DNA of 64,000 nucleotides from a virus (Duplodnaviria; Heunggongvirae; Uroviricota; Caudoviricetes): IMG/VR virus record IMGVR_UViG_2595698888_000001, positions 1 to 64,000 of that record; one strand, 5' to 3'. Shown piece by piece: positions 26,674 to 36,887 of this stretch (position 1 is its first letter; each line of letters starts with the position of its first letter). The notes under the pieces were generated by a model. It saw only the letters and a program-made list of their open reading frames with translations, ran no database searches and was not told where the DNA came from. The position numbers and the translations under genes were made by a program.

Positions 26674-27291
26674 ATGGGATATACAATTCAAAAGTACGAG
26701 TACTTTAAAGAAGTACTGGCAATGATTGGAACATTTGAGCAGGGTTTGTTTGGTGATTTAGAGTATAACGACCACGATGTAGTACGTTTACGTTTAGTCA
26801 GAGCCAGGGATGATCGAATGACATTTAATGCTTATGTAATTGGTCACGATTATGATTATAATATTTTCAGTTCAACGTGGTTGTATCGTGATTGTTTAAC
26901 TAACTTTACTAATTATAGTATTACTCAGCGTGAAGTACTGAGTACTACATATTACCAGTACAGGGATAATGAATTCATTGTTAAATCTCAGGATGGGTTA
27001 TTTGATTCAAAGGTATCGACGCTGCAATATCCTATACAAGAGGATGAGTACTTTCAGCAATTGACCCGAATCGATTTACCGCCGGAAGATGAGATTGAAC
27101 GTTTCATGACAGTTTCTAAAGAAATCATTTCTCGGTATCCTGAATTTGTAGGATTCACATTTCACGGTGGAACAATGATGCAAGAAATAAATGAAACGAA
27201 CCATGAAAATATGGTACAATCAGTTATGGATTGCATGAATGAGTTGGTTAAGCTTGAGATGGAACGTAAAAATGGTGGCATTTTAGAATGA
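26674..27291 (+). CDS. tandem paralog family member 4 (motif QEDEYFQQLTRIDLPPEDE)
   Basis: motif. Confidence 0.6.
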   Translation: MGYTIQKYEYFKEVLAMIGTFEQGLFGDLEYNDHDVVRLRLVRARDDRMTFNAYVIGHDYDYNIFSSTWLYRDCLTNFTNYSITQREVLSTTYYQYRDNEFIVKSQDGLFDSKVSTLQYPIQEDEYFQQLTRIDLPPEDEIERFMTVSKEIISRYPEFVGFTFHGGTMMQEINETNHENMVQSVMDCMNELVKLEMERKNGGILE

Positions 27292-27412
27292 TAAATAAGT
27301 GTTATCCAAAAATTAATTGGTCAAAAAATAGTCAAAAAAATTTCCGCTTCTCATTATAGTTATCAAGATAAAATGGCGGCGGCACGTGGCGACGGGGAAA
27401 GGTACGAGCAGG

Positions 27413-28009
27413 ATGATTCATTGTGTGTTATTAAAAGAGTTTCATGAAAAGTACTCAGATTTTATTGCAGTTGCTGAGTCTTTCCGTGTACCGCTTATAA
27501 AAAGAAATTTCGATACACAGCATAAGTTATGTAATATGGGCGGGTCACATGGTCAGTACAGTGCACGTTTTAAAGTACATGACGATTCGGTGGCTATTCA
27601 GGTTAACGGTAATAATTTTAGTCTAACGTACTGTTCAATGTTCTATAAGGATATAGTGAACAAAAATGTTTTTTTCAGTACTGATACTACTGCTGAGATT
27701 GAATTTGGTAATCCACAAATAAAAGATGAATTTAAAGTTTGTGGCGGCGGGTTCGAGCGGAATATGTCATACCCTATTCTTGAAGAACAGTACTTTCAGT
27801 ACTTGACAAGTGCACCTTTAAGTAGTGAAGAAGTGTATAATTATTTTAATAGTATTGATATTGATCATAATTGTACTATTCAACTTATTGCACAGAATAA
27901 TGGTATTCAAGATTTCAAAAATGTAATGCAAGATGTTACCGCAATGAAAGAGCTAAAACGGCATCTGGACTTGGTTAGTCATGCATATAAAATGACGAAT
28001 GGATTATGA
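27413..28009 (+). CDS. tandem paralog family member 5 (motif LEEQYFQYLTSAPLSSEE)
   Basis: ATG 27413 preferred over GTG 27386; motif. Confidence 0.55.
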   Translation: MIHCVLLKEFHEKYSDFIAVAESFRVPLIKRNFDTQHKLCNMGGSHGQYSARFKVHDDSVAIQVNGNNFSLTYCSMFYKDIVNKNVFFSTDTTAEIEFGNPQIKDEFKVCGGGFERNMSYPILEEQYFQYLTSAPLSSEEVYNYFNSIDIDHNCTIQLIAQNNGIQDFKNVMQDVTAMKELKRHLDLVSHAYKMTNGL

Positions 28010-28509
28010 GTAAGAAGATATTCGAACAAGCAAAGAGATATGTTGATAAAGTACTTTATATATTTTCGGTAATGGACAAATGTGAACGCTTACCCGAAAG
28101 TGATATGTATTACTACAAAAAGTACAAGTTCCAAAAAAATGACATATGCTGGCGTAGTAGTTCTGCCTACGCTTTTACAGTACTGGCAAGTCGTCGGGAT
28201 ACTTGGAGAAAATCAAAAGTTAATTTGTGTATTGACAGTACTGGTCGAAATTCTATGGTCAATTCTGATAGACCATTTATGGGTATTACTGAATATTCAG
28301 ATGATGTTGATTTTCAGTTAAGTACTTTATACGACGATAAAGAATTGTATGAGTATTATGTAGGTTCATTATTGTATACTGCTGGTTTCCGTGGATTTGT
28401 AAAAAAAGATATTAGCCATAATACATTGAATGCATTTATGAGAAACGCTGATGACATGTATAAAAATCGAGATAAGTTATGGTACAATCGCAGATCATTC
28501 GCCTCCTAG
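28006..28509 (+). CDS. tandem paralog family member 6 (motif SDDVDFQLSTLYDD)
   Basis: ATGA overlap; motif. Confidence 0.55.
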   Translation: MSKKIFEQAKRYVDKVLYIFSVMDKCERLPESDMYYYKKYKFQKNDICWRSSSAYAFTVLASRRDTWRKSKVNLCIDSTGRNSMVNSDRPFMGITEYSDDVDFQLSTLYDDKELYEYYVGSLLYTAGFRGFVKKDISHNTLNAFMRNADDMYKNRDKLWYNRRSFAS

Positions 28510-29072
28510 AAATAGTTAAGATGTTACACAAAATTCGCGGCAAACGTCTCAGTTATAACTGGAGTGATGGTGCTGCACGTGATTACTTCCATAAAAAGTG
28601 TGATACTTTTTACGAGTCGTTATCATTCAATGTAGACGAAACGATTACTTACAATACACCCCATACAAGATTCAAGCTAACAAATTGTTATATATCAAGT
28701 ACTGGCGTTGCTTTTGGTGAAAGTTGTGTTATGGATGTTTGCTTTGATACTGCATGGTTTCTTAATGGTATAGATAAACATTCTAAAAGAATCGTACTGA
28801 ACAACATAGAACAAGATGAAATGCAATTAGTTGTTGATGAACAAAAAAATTGTATAATTTTAAAAGAAGTTCAGCTTACTGAAGAATGGTTATTCCAGCT
28901 TATGACATTGTATGATATTCCTTCATACAGTGACATTCTAATCTTTAAAGAAATAAGAGAACATATGATGCAGTACTCATACCCTATGAGTTTTTCTGTA
29001 TCTTATAACAACGTAAATCATTTAGATTTATTCTTCGAAAAAATACATGGCTATCTGGAAGAACTTATATGA
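28479..29072 (+). CDS. tandem paralog family member 7 (motif LTEEWLFQLMTLYDIPSYSD); alternative start 28521
   Basis: motif. Confidence 0.5.
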   Translation: MVQSQIIRLLEIVKMLHKIRGKRLSYNWSDGAARDYFHKKCDTFYESLSFNVDETITYNTPHTRFKLTNCYISSTGVAFGESCVMDVCFDTAWFLNGIDKHSKRIVLNNIEQDEMQLVVDEQKNCIILKEVQLTEEWLFQLMTLYDIPSYSDILIFKEIREHMMQYSYPMSFSVSYNNVNHLDLFFEKIHGYLEELI

Positions 29073-29497
29073 TCGTATTCCATGCAAGTACTGTAAAAAT
29101 TAATGACTTTTATATTCCGTATGGTGGTTTACATTTTGGCGGGATGCATAGTGCATTGGAATGTGCACTAAGAAAATTATACCAGGGGAAAGAAGCTGGA
29201 TACGACATAGATACTATTCATATTCACCGTTGTGAATTGACTGGTTCGAAGTACTATGAATCTGATGATTTAGGTTCTGATGTGGGCTGGAGAAAGCTTT
29301 ATAATAATTTAACCAAAAATAATGTTGATTTTCAAATTGTTAAATATATCAACAAATATGAGCCTGACGTATTACCATCATATTGTGTATTCGATACAAG
29401 TATGGTGAAGATTCTCGACCACAGTACTATGCATATTGACCGAGTAGAAGATATTCTAAATGGAGTTTTCAGTGATGAATACCGATATAATTATTAA
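29069..29497 (+). CDS. hypothetical protein (142 aa) embedded in paralog array, motif absent
   Basis: ORF with ATGA overlap. Confidence 0.5.
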   Translation: MIVFHASTVKINDFYIPYGGLHFGGMHSALECALRKLYQGKEAGYDIDTIHIHRCELTGSKYYESDDLGSDVGWRKLYNNLTKNNVDFQIVKYINKYEPDVLPSYCVFDTSMVKILDHSTMHIDRVEDILNGVFSDEYRYNY

Positions 29498-30011
29498 AAT
29501 GTTGAAGTTGATGGAACGTGCAGAACGGGTTGAGAAGTCAATTGATTCCAGCGAACTTATGTTGTCTAAAGAATTGGCTGGTTTTGAAAATCACTATGAT
29601 ATAAGTTTTGATAAAGGGAACCGAATTATTTGTCATTTCTGGTACATGAATGACGGGGATAAGTTCTGGCGTTCACATGAAATATTCAAGATTTCATTTT
29701 CTGACATTGATGCATCAAGTAATATTCACACGTACTGTTTAACGTATTCCCCATTAAACAAAAGTTGTTCAGTTCATGGAGTTCAACATTTTAAAATTGT
29801 AGAACCTTATGAGTTTGATGAAGCATTATATTTTCAAAAGTTAACCCAACATAATTTACCGGATGAACAAGATTACATTGATGCCTGTGAAATTTTAAAA
29901 TCCATATGGAAAGGAAATTTCGTATATCTGTATCTTAATTTCCATGAACTGGAAACTCATATTAAACATGTTGAAAATTTAATTTTACAATCGGAGAGTT
30001 TACATGCTTAA
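29460..30011 (+). CDS. tandem paralog family member 8 (motif FDEALYFQKLTQHNLPDEQD)
   Basis: motif. Confidence 0.55.
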   Translation: MEFSVMNTDIIIKMLKLMERAERVEKSIDSSELMLSKELAGFENHYDISFDKGNRIICHFWYMNDGDKFWRSHEIFKISFSDIDASSNIHTYCLTYSPLNKSCSVHGVQHFKIVEPYEFDEALYFQKLTQHNLPDEQDYIDACEILKSIWKGNFVYLYLNFHELETHIKHVENLILQSESLHA

Positions 30012-30447
30012 TATTATTGAAAACATTGATCCTATTAATTACATCATCCAAGATGTACTAAGTAAAATCAACGGACTTGATTTAGCTCCGCGTAACAACT
30101 TTTACATCGGTGATGGATACTCACTGGACGTACAAGAAGTAAGAAAGAATTCATACAAGTTAAAAGTACGGACACAGAACTTACAGGATCTTTGTAACAT
30201 CGGGATCGATAAGAAGAATATGATTATTCGATACAGTCCTGAATTTTTCTTTATCCACGATGGTAAAGAGTTAAGTACTAATCTGTTTGATGGTACTTTT
30301 TGTATAGAAGATTTGCCCCAGGTGTTTGATAAGAATGGTGCTGTTTTTGGCTTGCCAGTCGATTTCGACTATGATACAATGCAGCAGACGATACAAATGT
30401 GCCGTAGAGTTCACGAAGAATTCTTGCGGAAACTCGCTTCATCATAA
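30004..30447 (+). CDS. hypothetical protein (147 aa)
   Basis: ORF overlapping previous stop. Confidence 0.5.
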   Translation: MLNIIENIDPINYIIQDVLSKINGLDLAPRNNFYIGDGYSLDVQEVRKNSYKLKVRTQNLQDLCNIGIDKKNMIIRYSPEFFFIHDGKELSTNLFDGTFCIEDLPQVFDKNGAVFGLPVDFDYDTMQQTIQMCRRVHEEFLRKLASS

Positions 30448-30526
30448 TAAAAGTACTGCTCATGGATGAGTATAAATACTTTTAGAGCACTGGAGAGTGC
30501 ATAAAAGAGTTCAAGGGAGTGAACAC

Positions 30527-31003
30527 ATGAATATTATTCAAAAAGAGAATGGGCCGATTGATGATGTGATCACTAATGACGCCTTTGAAGTACATGGGCT
30601 AATGTTTTCTATTAAAGATATTGTACAATGTCTTTTTCTATGTAGTTCTACAATGCACGAATTTTTCAATAATCCAATGTGCAATTGTTTTGCAGTTACA
30701 GTAAACAGTACTGATAAGTGGATTATGGCAACTCCGATGACCATGAATACTGAATTTAATGAATGTGTCATGCGAAATAACAAGGGTAAAACCCCACAAT
30801 CTGAAGTAGAAAAGCTTCGGAATACTTATACTAAACCTGACGATAAACATATTTTAATGTTCTTATCTAAAGGGTACGTTATGGATAACTTTACAGTACG
30901 TGAAAGTTATCATGATTTCCTCTTTACTGAGGGCGAGCCTCATGTTATGATTACTTCAGAAGACATAGAGAGCTTAACACTAAAGAACCCATATTTGGAG
31001 TAA
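30527..31003 (+). CDS. hypothetical protein (158 aa)
   Basis: RBS caagggagtgaacacATG. Confidence 0.5.
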   Translation: MNIIQKENGPIDDVITNDAFEVHGLMFSIKDIVQCLFLCSSTMHEFFNNPMCNCFAVTVNSTDKWIMATPMTMNTEFNECVMRNNKGKTPQSEVEKLRNTYTKPDDKHILMFLSKGYVMDNFTVRESYHDFLFTEGEPHVMITSEDIESLTLKNPYLE

Positions 31004-31006
31004 TAA

Positions 31007-31177
31007 ATGGCTAAGTCTAAGAAGACTGAAAAGTTAGTTGTGAATAATCCGGTTGCAAAGCACATGGAAACGTTCAACAAACCTAAAACTTTTGTTGATC
31101 AGAAGAAAGAATCTAAAAAGGGTAAGACCAAACATAAAGGACGCTATGATGCGTCCTTTGACGTTTCTGGAAAGTAA
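31007..31177 (+). CDS. small basic protein (56 aa)
   Basis: MAKSKKTEKLVVNNPVAKHMETFNKPKTFVDQKKESKKGKTKHKGRYDASFDVSGK; RBS atttggagtaataaATG. Confidence 0.45.
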   Translation: MAKSKKTEKLVVNNPVAKHMETFNKPKTFVDQKKESKKGKTKHKGRYDASFDVSGK

Positions 31178-31180
31178 TAA

Positions 31181-32068
31181 ATGTTGGATTTTAAACAGTA
31201 CTCGATAAAAGAATGTATTGAACAAGCATGTTTTGGAAAGTGGCATTCGCCTTTAATAATTGGAACTACTGAAAACAAATTCGATTCATATATCGGTCAA
31301 ACAAGTTTTACACAGTACTACACATATAATGATGAAAAATTTATGGCGTGGAGTACATGGTATGATGGTAGAGAATATGAACCGAATAAAGAATTTGAAT
31401 TCACTGTTAAAACACAAGAACCAGATTTTCGTGATCGTTCATATCATTTGCATTATATACTTCGACGATTCGATGAAATATTAGAATTAAAGAATATCGG
31501 CTTCGCATATAAAATTAAGAAAGATGGTTCAAAATATCTTAGTAAGAAACGTTACGAATTTAAAAACAAAACACTAAGAATGGATGTATTACGCAATGAA
31601 TATACTTGGTACTACGAATCTCATCAATATATGAAGAAGATTAATAAAAATAAAACATCTGAACATTATGTTAGATTCAAAGGTACTGAATTAGAAATTC
31701 GCGAGAACTATAATTCCAAGGGTGTTTGCACGAGAAGTTTGCTGCATATAGGTGATGGTAGATCCATTCAGATTCATTTGAAGAAAGGCGTGGTTTCTGC
31801 TTACTGCCAATGTGAATTTGGTACATTAAAAAATTGTACTATTAACTTGCCGTACTTAAATGATGCGTCAGTACTTAATTTGTATGATACTACGAATTGT
31901 TTTAATCTGGATTTAATGATTCCTCACAATGAATTATTTGAAGCATATACTAGTTCATTGAAATTATTAAAGCATAATATAACACGATGTGTGTATAACG
32001 ATGAACATGTAAATCCAGTACTTCGAACTATGATGGAACATATACAAGAATATGAAAAGAAAAATTAA
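31181..32068 (+). CDS. hypothetical protein (295 aa)
   Basis: long ORF. Confidence 0.6.
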   Translation: MLDFKQYSIKECIEQACFGKWHSPLIIGTTENKFDSYIGQTSFTQYYTYNDEKFMAWSTWYDGREYEPNKEFEFTVKTQEPDFRDRSYHLHYILRRFDEILELKNIGFAYKIKKDGSKYLSKKRYEFKNKTLRMDVLRNEYTWYYESHQYMKKINKNKTSEHYVRFKGTELEIRENYNSKGVCTRSLLHIGDGRSIQIHLKKGVVSAYCQCEFGTLKNCTINLPYLNDASVLNLYDTTNCFNLDLMIPHNELFEAYTSSLKLLKHNITRCVYNDEHVNPVLRTMMEHIQEYEKKN

Positions 32069-32372
32069 ATTCAAAGATGGTATTCCAAAATTCATATGGT
32101 TAGGTTCACGAGGATACCCACGTGATTCAGAAAAGATGCAATACAATGATGGGTCAACTATTCATATAAGTACTGCTCCTAACTACAAGGCTGCACTAGA
32201 AAGAATTTACACATCATCTATTCATCTAAATGAAAAAGACAGTGAAAAGTATTTCTTTGCATTGTTGCAGTACTTAGATGATGAGGACGAGGATACCTTT
32301 TATCTTATGTTTGAAGATTTTAAAGAATGGCATAAGGTAATAGATATGGATCATAAAAGTGAAACAGAATAA
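32052..32372 (+). CDS. hypothetical protein (106 aa)
   Basis: ORF. Confidence 0.5.
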   Translation: MKRKIKFKDGIPKFIWLGSRGYPRDSEKMQYNDGSTIHISTAPNYKAALERIYTSSIHLNEKDSEKYFFALLQYLDDEDEDTFYLMFEDFKEWHKVIDMDHKSETE

Positions 32373-32415
32373 AAATTTATGGTATAATGTACGCACCTAA
32401 ACGAGAGGGTTAATA

Positions 32416-32811
32416 ATGAACAAATCACATTCAGGTTTTCTAAAAGCAATTACTGGTGTAGTACTAATCAGTAAAGATGGCGAAGATATGCTTTGCTGCT
32501 TAGAAGATATGCAAAGCACTAAACATTTTACTATTGGACAGATTTTTACAGCAGTTCGTGTTCTGTACGGTAAAAGTGTTAATGATTATGGTACTCTATG
32601 GCCTAAGTTCCGGGTACATTCAAATGGTCCAATTTCTAATGATTGGATTGCACTACAACAGATCCATGATAATTGTGAATCGGACTACGAATTTTTAGTA
32701 GCAGCGTGTGAGCAATTAAAAGAAGAAGTACCAGATGTTGTGCCACGTGCTGAAGTAGAAAAACAACTTCAAGTATTCAAAGGCGTCATCACGGATCTAG
32801 CAACAAATTAA
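32416..32811 (+). CDS. hypothetical protein (131 aa)
   Basis: RBS cgagagggttaataATG. Confidence 0.55.
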   Translation: MNKSHSGFLKAITGVVLISKDGEDMLCCLEDMQSTKHFTIGQIFTAVRVLYGKSVNDYGTLWPKFRVHSNGPISNDWIALQQIHDNCESDYEFLVAACEQLKEEVPDVVPRAEVEKQLQVFKGVITDLATN

Positions 32812-32833
32812 TGTAATATAAAGGGATTAAATT

Positions 32834-33184
32834 ATGTCAAACGGAAATGACAAATTCAACATGTTCGAAGACTTCGAAGAAGCAAAAGTAAGAAAAGTAC
32901 TTCATGATGATTCACAAGACGAGAATGATGTTGATAATGAATACAATGATGACGTTGAGATTGTTAGCGTCACAATGAAAACTGAAAGTCGTAAGAAATT
33001 CGCTGCATCAGTAGTTTCGCGTTCACAAGAAGATTACGAAACATTTATTGAATCAGTGCATTACGAAACTCTAACTCATCCAGTTAGTGGTGTTCAATAT
33101 CAGGTCAAAGTAACTGTACTAAAACCAGAAATTAACCCACAAGAGCTACTTCGTCCTGCTTACGCTTACAGTACTAACCATTAA
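32834..33184 (+). CDS. hypothetical acidic protein (116 aa)
   Basis: RBS aaagggattaaattATG. Confidence 0.55.
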   Translation: MSNGNDKFNMFEDFEEAKVRKVLHDDSQDENDVDNEYNDDVEIVSVTMKTESRKKFAASVVSRSQEDYETFIESVHYETLTHPVSGVQYQVKVTVLKPEINPQELLRPAYAYSTNH

Positions 33185-33189
33185 TTATT

Positions 33190-33211
33190 AGGGGCTTCAA
33201 TGCCCCTTTTA
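33190..33211 (+). terminator. rho-independent terminator
   Basis: aggggcttcaatgcccct + tttat. Confidence 0.5.
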
Positions 33212-33226
33212 TATAGGAATAACATA

Positions 33227-33553
33227 ATGTCAGCAGGATTTATTGCGTTTTTACTATACGTAGCAGTAGGAGTTTTATTTGCACTGTATATTGGCATATA
33301 CCATTTCGTATCGCTATGGCAATATATCAAACAGCTTTACACTGCACGATATTTAACTCCAACAGAAATCAAAACATATTTTGGTTTTAAGTTTTGGTGG
33401 GATCGTGATTGTGATAGTTGGATTGAAATTTCAATTATGAGTCTACTTCGCACACTCTTGCTGATGCTTATTTCGATATTTATTTGGCCTATTTGCGTTT
33501 TCTTTGTTCTAAACATGAGCATTCAACGAGCACGTGAGAGATTGGAAAATTGA
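33227..33553 (+). CDS. membrane protein (108 aa)
   Basis: three hydrophobic spans. Confidence 0.5.
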   Translation: MSAGFIAFLLYVAVGVLFALYIGIYHFVSLWQYIKQLYTARYLTPTEIKTYFGFKFWWDRDCDSWIEISIMSLLRTLLLMLISIFIWPICVFFVLNMSIQRARERLEN

Positions 33554-34308
33554 ATATACAAGAAATCTGTAAAGAACAATCTGTATGGAATGACAAGATA
33601 ATTAGTGCTGCTAATCACATCGACCCCAAACTACTTGGTGTTTTGTCTTTTCAGGATTTGTTTAATGACAAATATGGTGATAATTCACTATTGGAGCGAT
33701 ACAACAATGAAGTATACCCATTAATTCACCAGTATAAAGTTTTCATGCAAGATAAAACTGAAAAGTACTTACTGAATTTTATCAATGATATTTCGTGTCT
33801 AGTTGATAGTACTGGATACGATTCTCGTACTGGTGAGGATACTACTTCATTTAATTGTTTCCATGATATACCAGAGACATATATACCTTCACTGGAAATT
33901 GAATTTATATGGCACTCAGTAATGGAGATGCGATATATTTCATATAAACCATTCTGGTGTAATCACGGTTATACCCTACATGGTAATAACGAAACTATTT
34001 GTGTGTCTAGTTATTCAACACCTAAAGAATTCATCACAGAAAACCGTAAATTGTTCCAAAGAAGTTTTGGTGATACAAACTTAGGTCGTCTTGAGAGAGC
34101 AGTACTATGGAAAGACAATATATTTGATTATCCAGTGTATATGCCAGCATTATCAAGTTACGAAGACCGTGCAATACCTGCATCGTATGAAGAATCAATC
34201 CGTCGCCATCTAATTCTTAAACATGCAATAGAACATAATATTGATGGCATTGTGTATAATTCAATAATTGATGGCGATGGTAGCATAACTCTAGTGAGTA
34301 TAGAATAA
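33550..34308 (+). CDS. hypothetical protein (252 aa; TTG start as called)
   Basis: ORF-track call uses TTG; no in-frame ATG near 5' end. Confidence 0.45.
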   Translation: MNIQEICKEQSVWNDKIISAANHIDPKLLGVLSFQDLFNDKYGDNSLLERYNNEVYPLIHQYKVFMQDKTEKYLLNFINDISCLVDSTGYDSRTGEDTTSFNCFHDIPETYIPSLEIEFIWHSVMEMRYISYKPFWCNHGYTLHGNNETICVSSYSTPKEFITENRKLFQRSFGDTNLGRLERAVLWKDNIFDYPVYMPALSSYEDRAIPASYEESIRRHLILKHAIEHNIDGIVYNSIIDGDGSITLVSIE

Positions 34309-35090
34309 TGTTTTTTAATTTCTTTTTATCATTTGAATCATTCCGTTCAGGTTTCAGTGGTTCAGCAAGTAAATCTCAAGCAACGGATGCAAATCAATAT
34401 GTCATTCCGAGGAAACAAAGAACAACATTTAATGCATTATTAGGTTCATTAGCTGCGGTTATGAATAGAGAATCACAATTTCTCTATACAAGTTATGCAA
34501 CTCGCACAGTACTAGTGAATCTTTCTGATGAATCTATGTTCCAGTTAGAGACACTTTGTGTTCCTGAGTACTGTTACTGTACTTATAACCTTGATACTAA
34601 AATTATTGGGTTCGGTAATAGTGTTCTAGAAGCATATGAAGCCACTCGTGAAGACAATATGAAAAGTGGTAATGTTGGTTACGGAGGAAAAGCTAATTAT
34701 AATTACATGATTCAGTTCTTTCCACTGAAAGAAGAAGATGAACCATTTGAATTCACTTGTCCATATGCTTTTTACGAACAAGTTCTGGCTGAATTAAAAC
34801 CATACATTAAGTATGAGAAGAACGCAATGTTCAAGAATTGCACTGATATACTTGAGCGGGAGCAACCTTTTCTTAATAAATTCTTTGAAAGTTATTATGA
34901 AGAAGGTCGTGACCGTTCTGAAAAGTACTATGGTTCGCCCATAAGAACTTATGAGTTCAAACATACTGTTAAGATGTTTATGGAAGACGATCCTGACATT
35001 CTTGAGAAGAAAGATTTTCATGAATCAGGTCTACAGTTTCTAGGTAGTTTGTGTTTTAAAATGATGCAAATGACAGATGAAACGTTTTAA
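34308..35090 (+). CDS. hypothetical protein (260 aa)
   Basis: TAATG overlap with previous. Confidence 0.55.
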   Translation: MFFNFFLSFESFRSGFSGSASKSQATDANQYVIPRKQRTTFNALLGSLAAVMNRESQFLYTSYATRTVLVNLSDESMFQLETLCVPEYCYCTYNLDTKIIGFGNSVLEAYEATREDNMKSGNVGYGGKANYNYMIQFFPLKEEDEPFEFTCPYAFYEQVLAELKPYIKYEKNAMFKNCTDILEREQPFLNKFFESYYEEGRDRSEKYYGSPIRTYEFKHTVKMFMEDDPDILEKKDFHESGLQFLGSLCFKMMQMTDETF

Positions 35091-35110
35091 TTTTTTATGG
35101 TATAATGTAT

Positions 35111-35139
35111 AGGACAGTATGATGTACTGTCCTTTTTTA
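35111..35139 (+). terminator. rho-independent terminator preceded by tggTATAATg -10-like box
   Basis: aggacagtatgatgtactgtcct + tttttt. Confidence 0.6.
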
Positions 35140-35804
35140 ATTGAGAAAAACTCTGAATGACCTTGAAGAACAAGGATAGTTTTGAACCTGGACTGATGAA
35201 AAGTAATCGGTCAGATGAGTAGTTCATTCAGTACGAACAGCAAAAGAAACCCGTTAGAGTACTAGCAGTCATACAAACGCGACATAAGACTACGAATCAC
35301 GGCAATGCGGCTGTATAAAGCATGACAGCACTACATAAGTTCATGCCTTGATAGACATATAGGATCGCACCTACCTAATGTATAAGGGAGTTAAATTTTG
35401 CGATTGGATTTGTACAATATAGATCCGTCTAAAATTCGTGAAATTTAACAAGTACTGAAGCTGTTCATGTGGCTTTGGTACTCAGTGTAGTAAGACTACG
35501 ACCGTTGTATAGAACCGCGATAGGGAGAAACCGGACAACCCGCTTCCGCTCTTTTAAGAAATTCGTGACATGAAACTGCTATGACTATCATCGTCAGATT
35601 TGTTCTTCCCTCCCTGTGGGGGGATGAAAATGCATCAACAAATCTCGTCAGTAATAATAGTGTTAAACATATTATAGTTAAGTGAGAACGTAAATCACCG
35701 AAGAACGAAACGTCAGTTGAGTTCAAAAGTGATTTACTGGAACATCGTTAGATGTTCCTTGTATAACGAATCAGCGATGAACTGATTCCTAAAGTGAGAT
35801 GTAA

Positions 35805-36329
35805 ATGAAGATCGTGTACAAATGTAAGCATACAGGTGAAGTAAGTAGTACTGTAAATTTGGATGAGTTTGAAGGGTATTGTATTAAACTGGAAAATAAT
35901 AAGCTTAGCAAGATAACAGAGTTATTATATAGCATTGTTATTGCAAAGATTGATTATCGACCTACTAAAACTACCCTAATCCATAAAATTGAATACAATG
36001 GACACGTTGAATACAGGTACAGTAACAATAAAGTACAATCATTGTACTATGAATTTGATAATAAAAAATACGGTGAATATAAAAAATTCAGTCCTTCAGG
36101 TGAACTGACTGAAAGGAAATTCTACTTTGAGAATATAGATATTACTGATGATGTTATGAATTTTATTCAGTACAATGGTGACCCTAAAGACTTTAAAGAT
36201 TATTCTTTTAAAGAAGATGAACTGTTTAATTTGATGATGAAATATGGATATTATTTCAGGTTTTGTTACGAATCAGGAAGGGATAGCACTGAGTTTGACT
36301 TTATAACAGAGTACTGTCAAAAAATATAA
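35805..36329 (+). CDS. hypothetical protein (174 aa)
   Basis: RBS aaagtgagatgtaaATG. Confidence 0.55.
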   Translation: MKIVYKCKHTGEVSSTVNLDEFEGYCIKLENNKLSKITELLYSIVIAKIDYRPTKTTLIHKIEYNGHVEYRYSNNKVQSLYYEFDNKKYGEYKKFSPSGELTERKFYFENIDITDDVMNFIQYNGDPKDFKDYSFKEDELFNLMMKYGYYFRFCYESGRDSTEFDFITEYCQKI

Positions 36330-36341
36330 AAAGGAAAAATC

Positions 36342-36884
36342 ATGGAAGATAACAATATGTCCGTACACTTTAGTTCTGCATCGAATACTTGGGATACTCC
36401 CGATGACTTCTATCAGAAACTACATGCTGTATGGAACTTCACATTAGATCCTGCTGCAATGGATGAAACCGCTAAATGTGAAAAGTACTACACTCCTGAA
36501 ACTGATGGACTAGCACATTCATGGGCTGGTGAAACTGTTTGGTGCAATCCACCTTATGGTCGTGAAATCAGTAAATGGTTTAAGAAATTCGATGAAGAAT
36601 TTAAACAAAATGGAACAACAATTATTGCTCTACCACCAGCACGAACTGATACCACGTACTTCCACAAGTATGTTCGTGACTCTGCTACTGCGATATGTTT
36701 TGTTAAAGGACGTTTAAAATTTGATAACCGTAGTCTTCCATCATGGAAAGAAGATGGTTCTCATAAGAAAACTGGTGCTCCATTCCCAAGTATGATTGTC
36801 ATCTATGACAATAACATTACTCAGGAAAAGTATGAAGTACTTAATAGTCTTGGTTTCGTAGTTCAACCGTTTTTACTTGGATAA
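36342..36884 (+). CDS. dam: phage-type DNA N6-adenine methyltransferase (Dam, PF05869-like)
   Basis: WDTPDDFY...WCNPPYGREISKWF with NPPY catalytic motif. Confidence 0.65.
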   Translation: MEDNNMSVHFSSASNTWDTPDDFYQKLHAVWNFTLDPAAMDETAKCEKYYTPETDGLAHSWAGETVWCNPPYGREISKWFKKFDEEFKQNGTTIIALPPARTDTTYFHKYVRDSATAICFVKGRLKFDNRSLPSWKEDGSHKKTGAPFPSMIVIYDNNITQEKYEVLNSLGFVVQPFLLG

Positions 36885-36887
36885 TAA

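Noticed and set aside
35140-35800. Group I intron
   Set aside because: R-like (aagactacga) and S-like (aatatagatcc) strings are present but P7 complementarity (GACUA/UAGUC) is imperfect. Flanking ORFs do not look like split exons. Kept only as a low-confidence possibility under the ncRNA finding.
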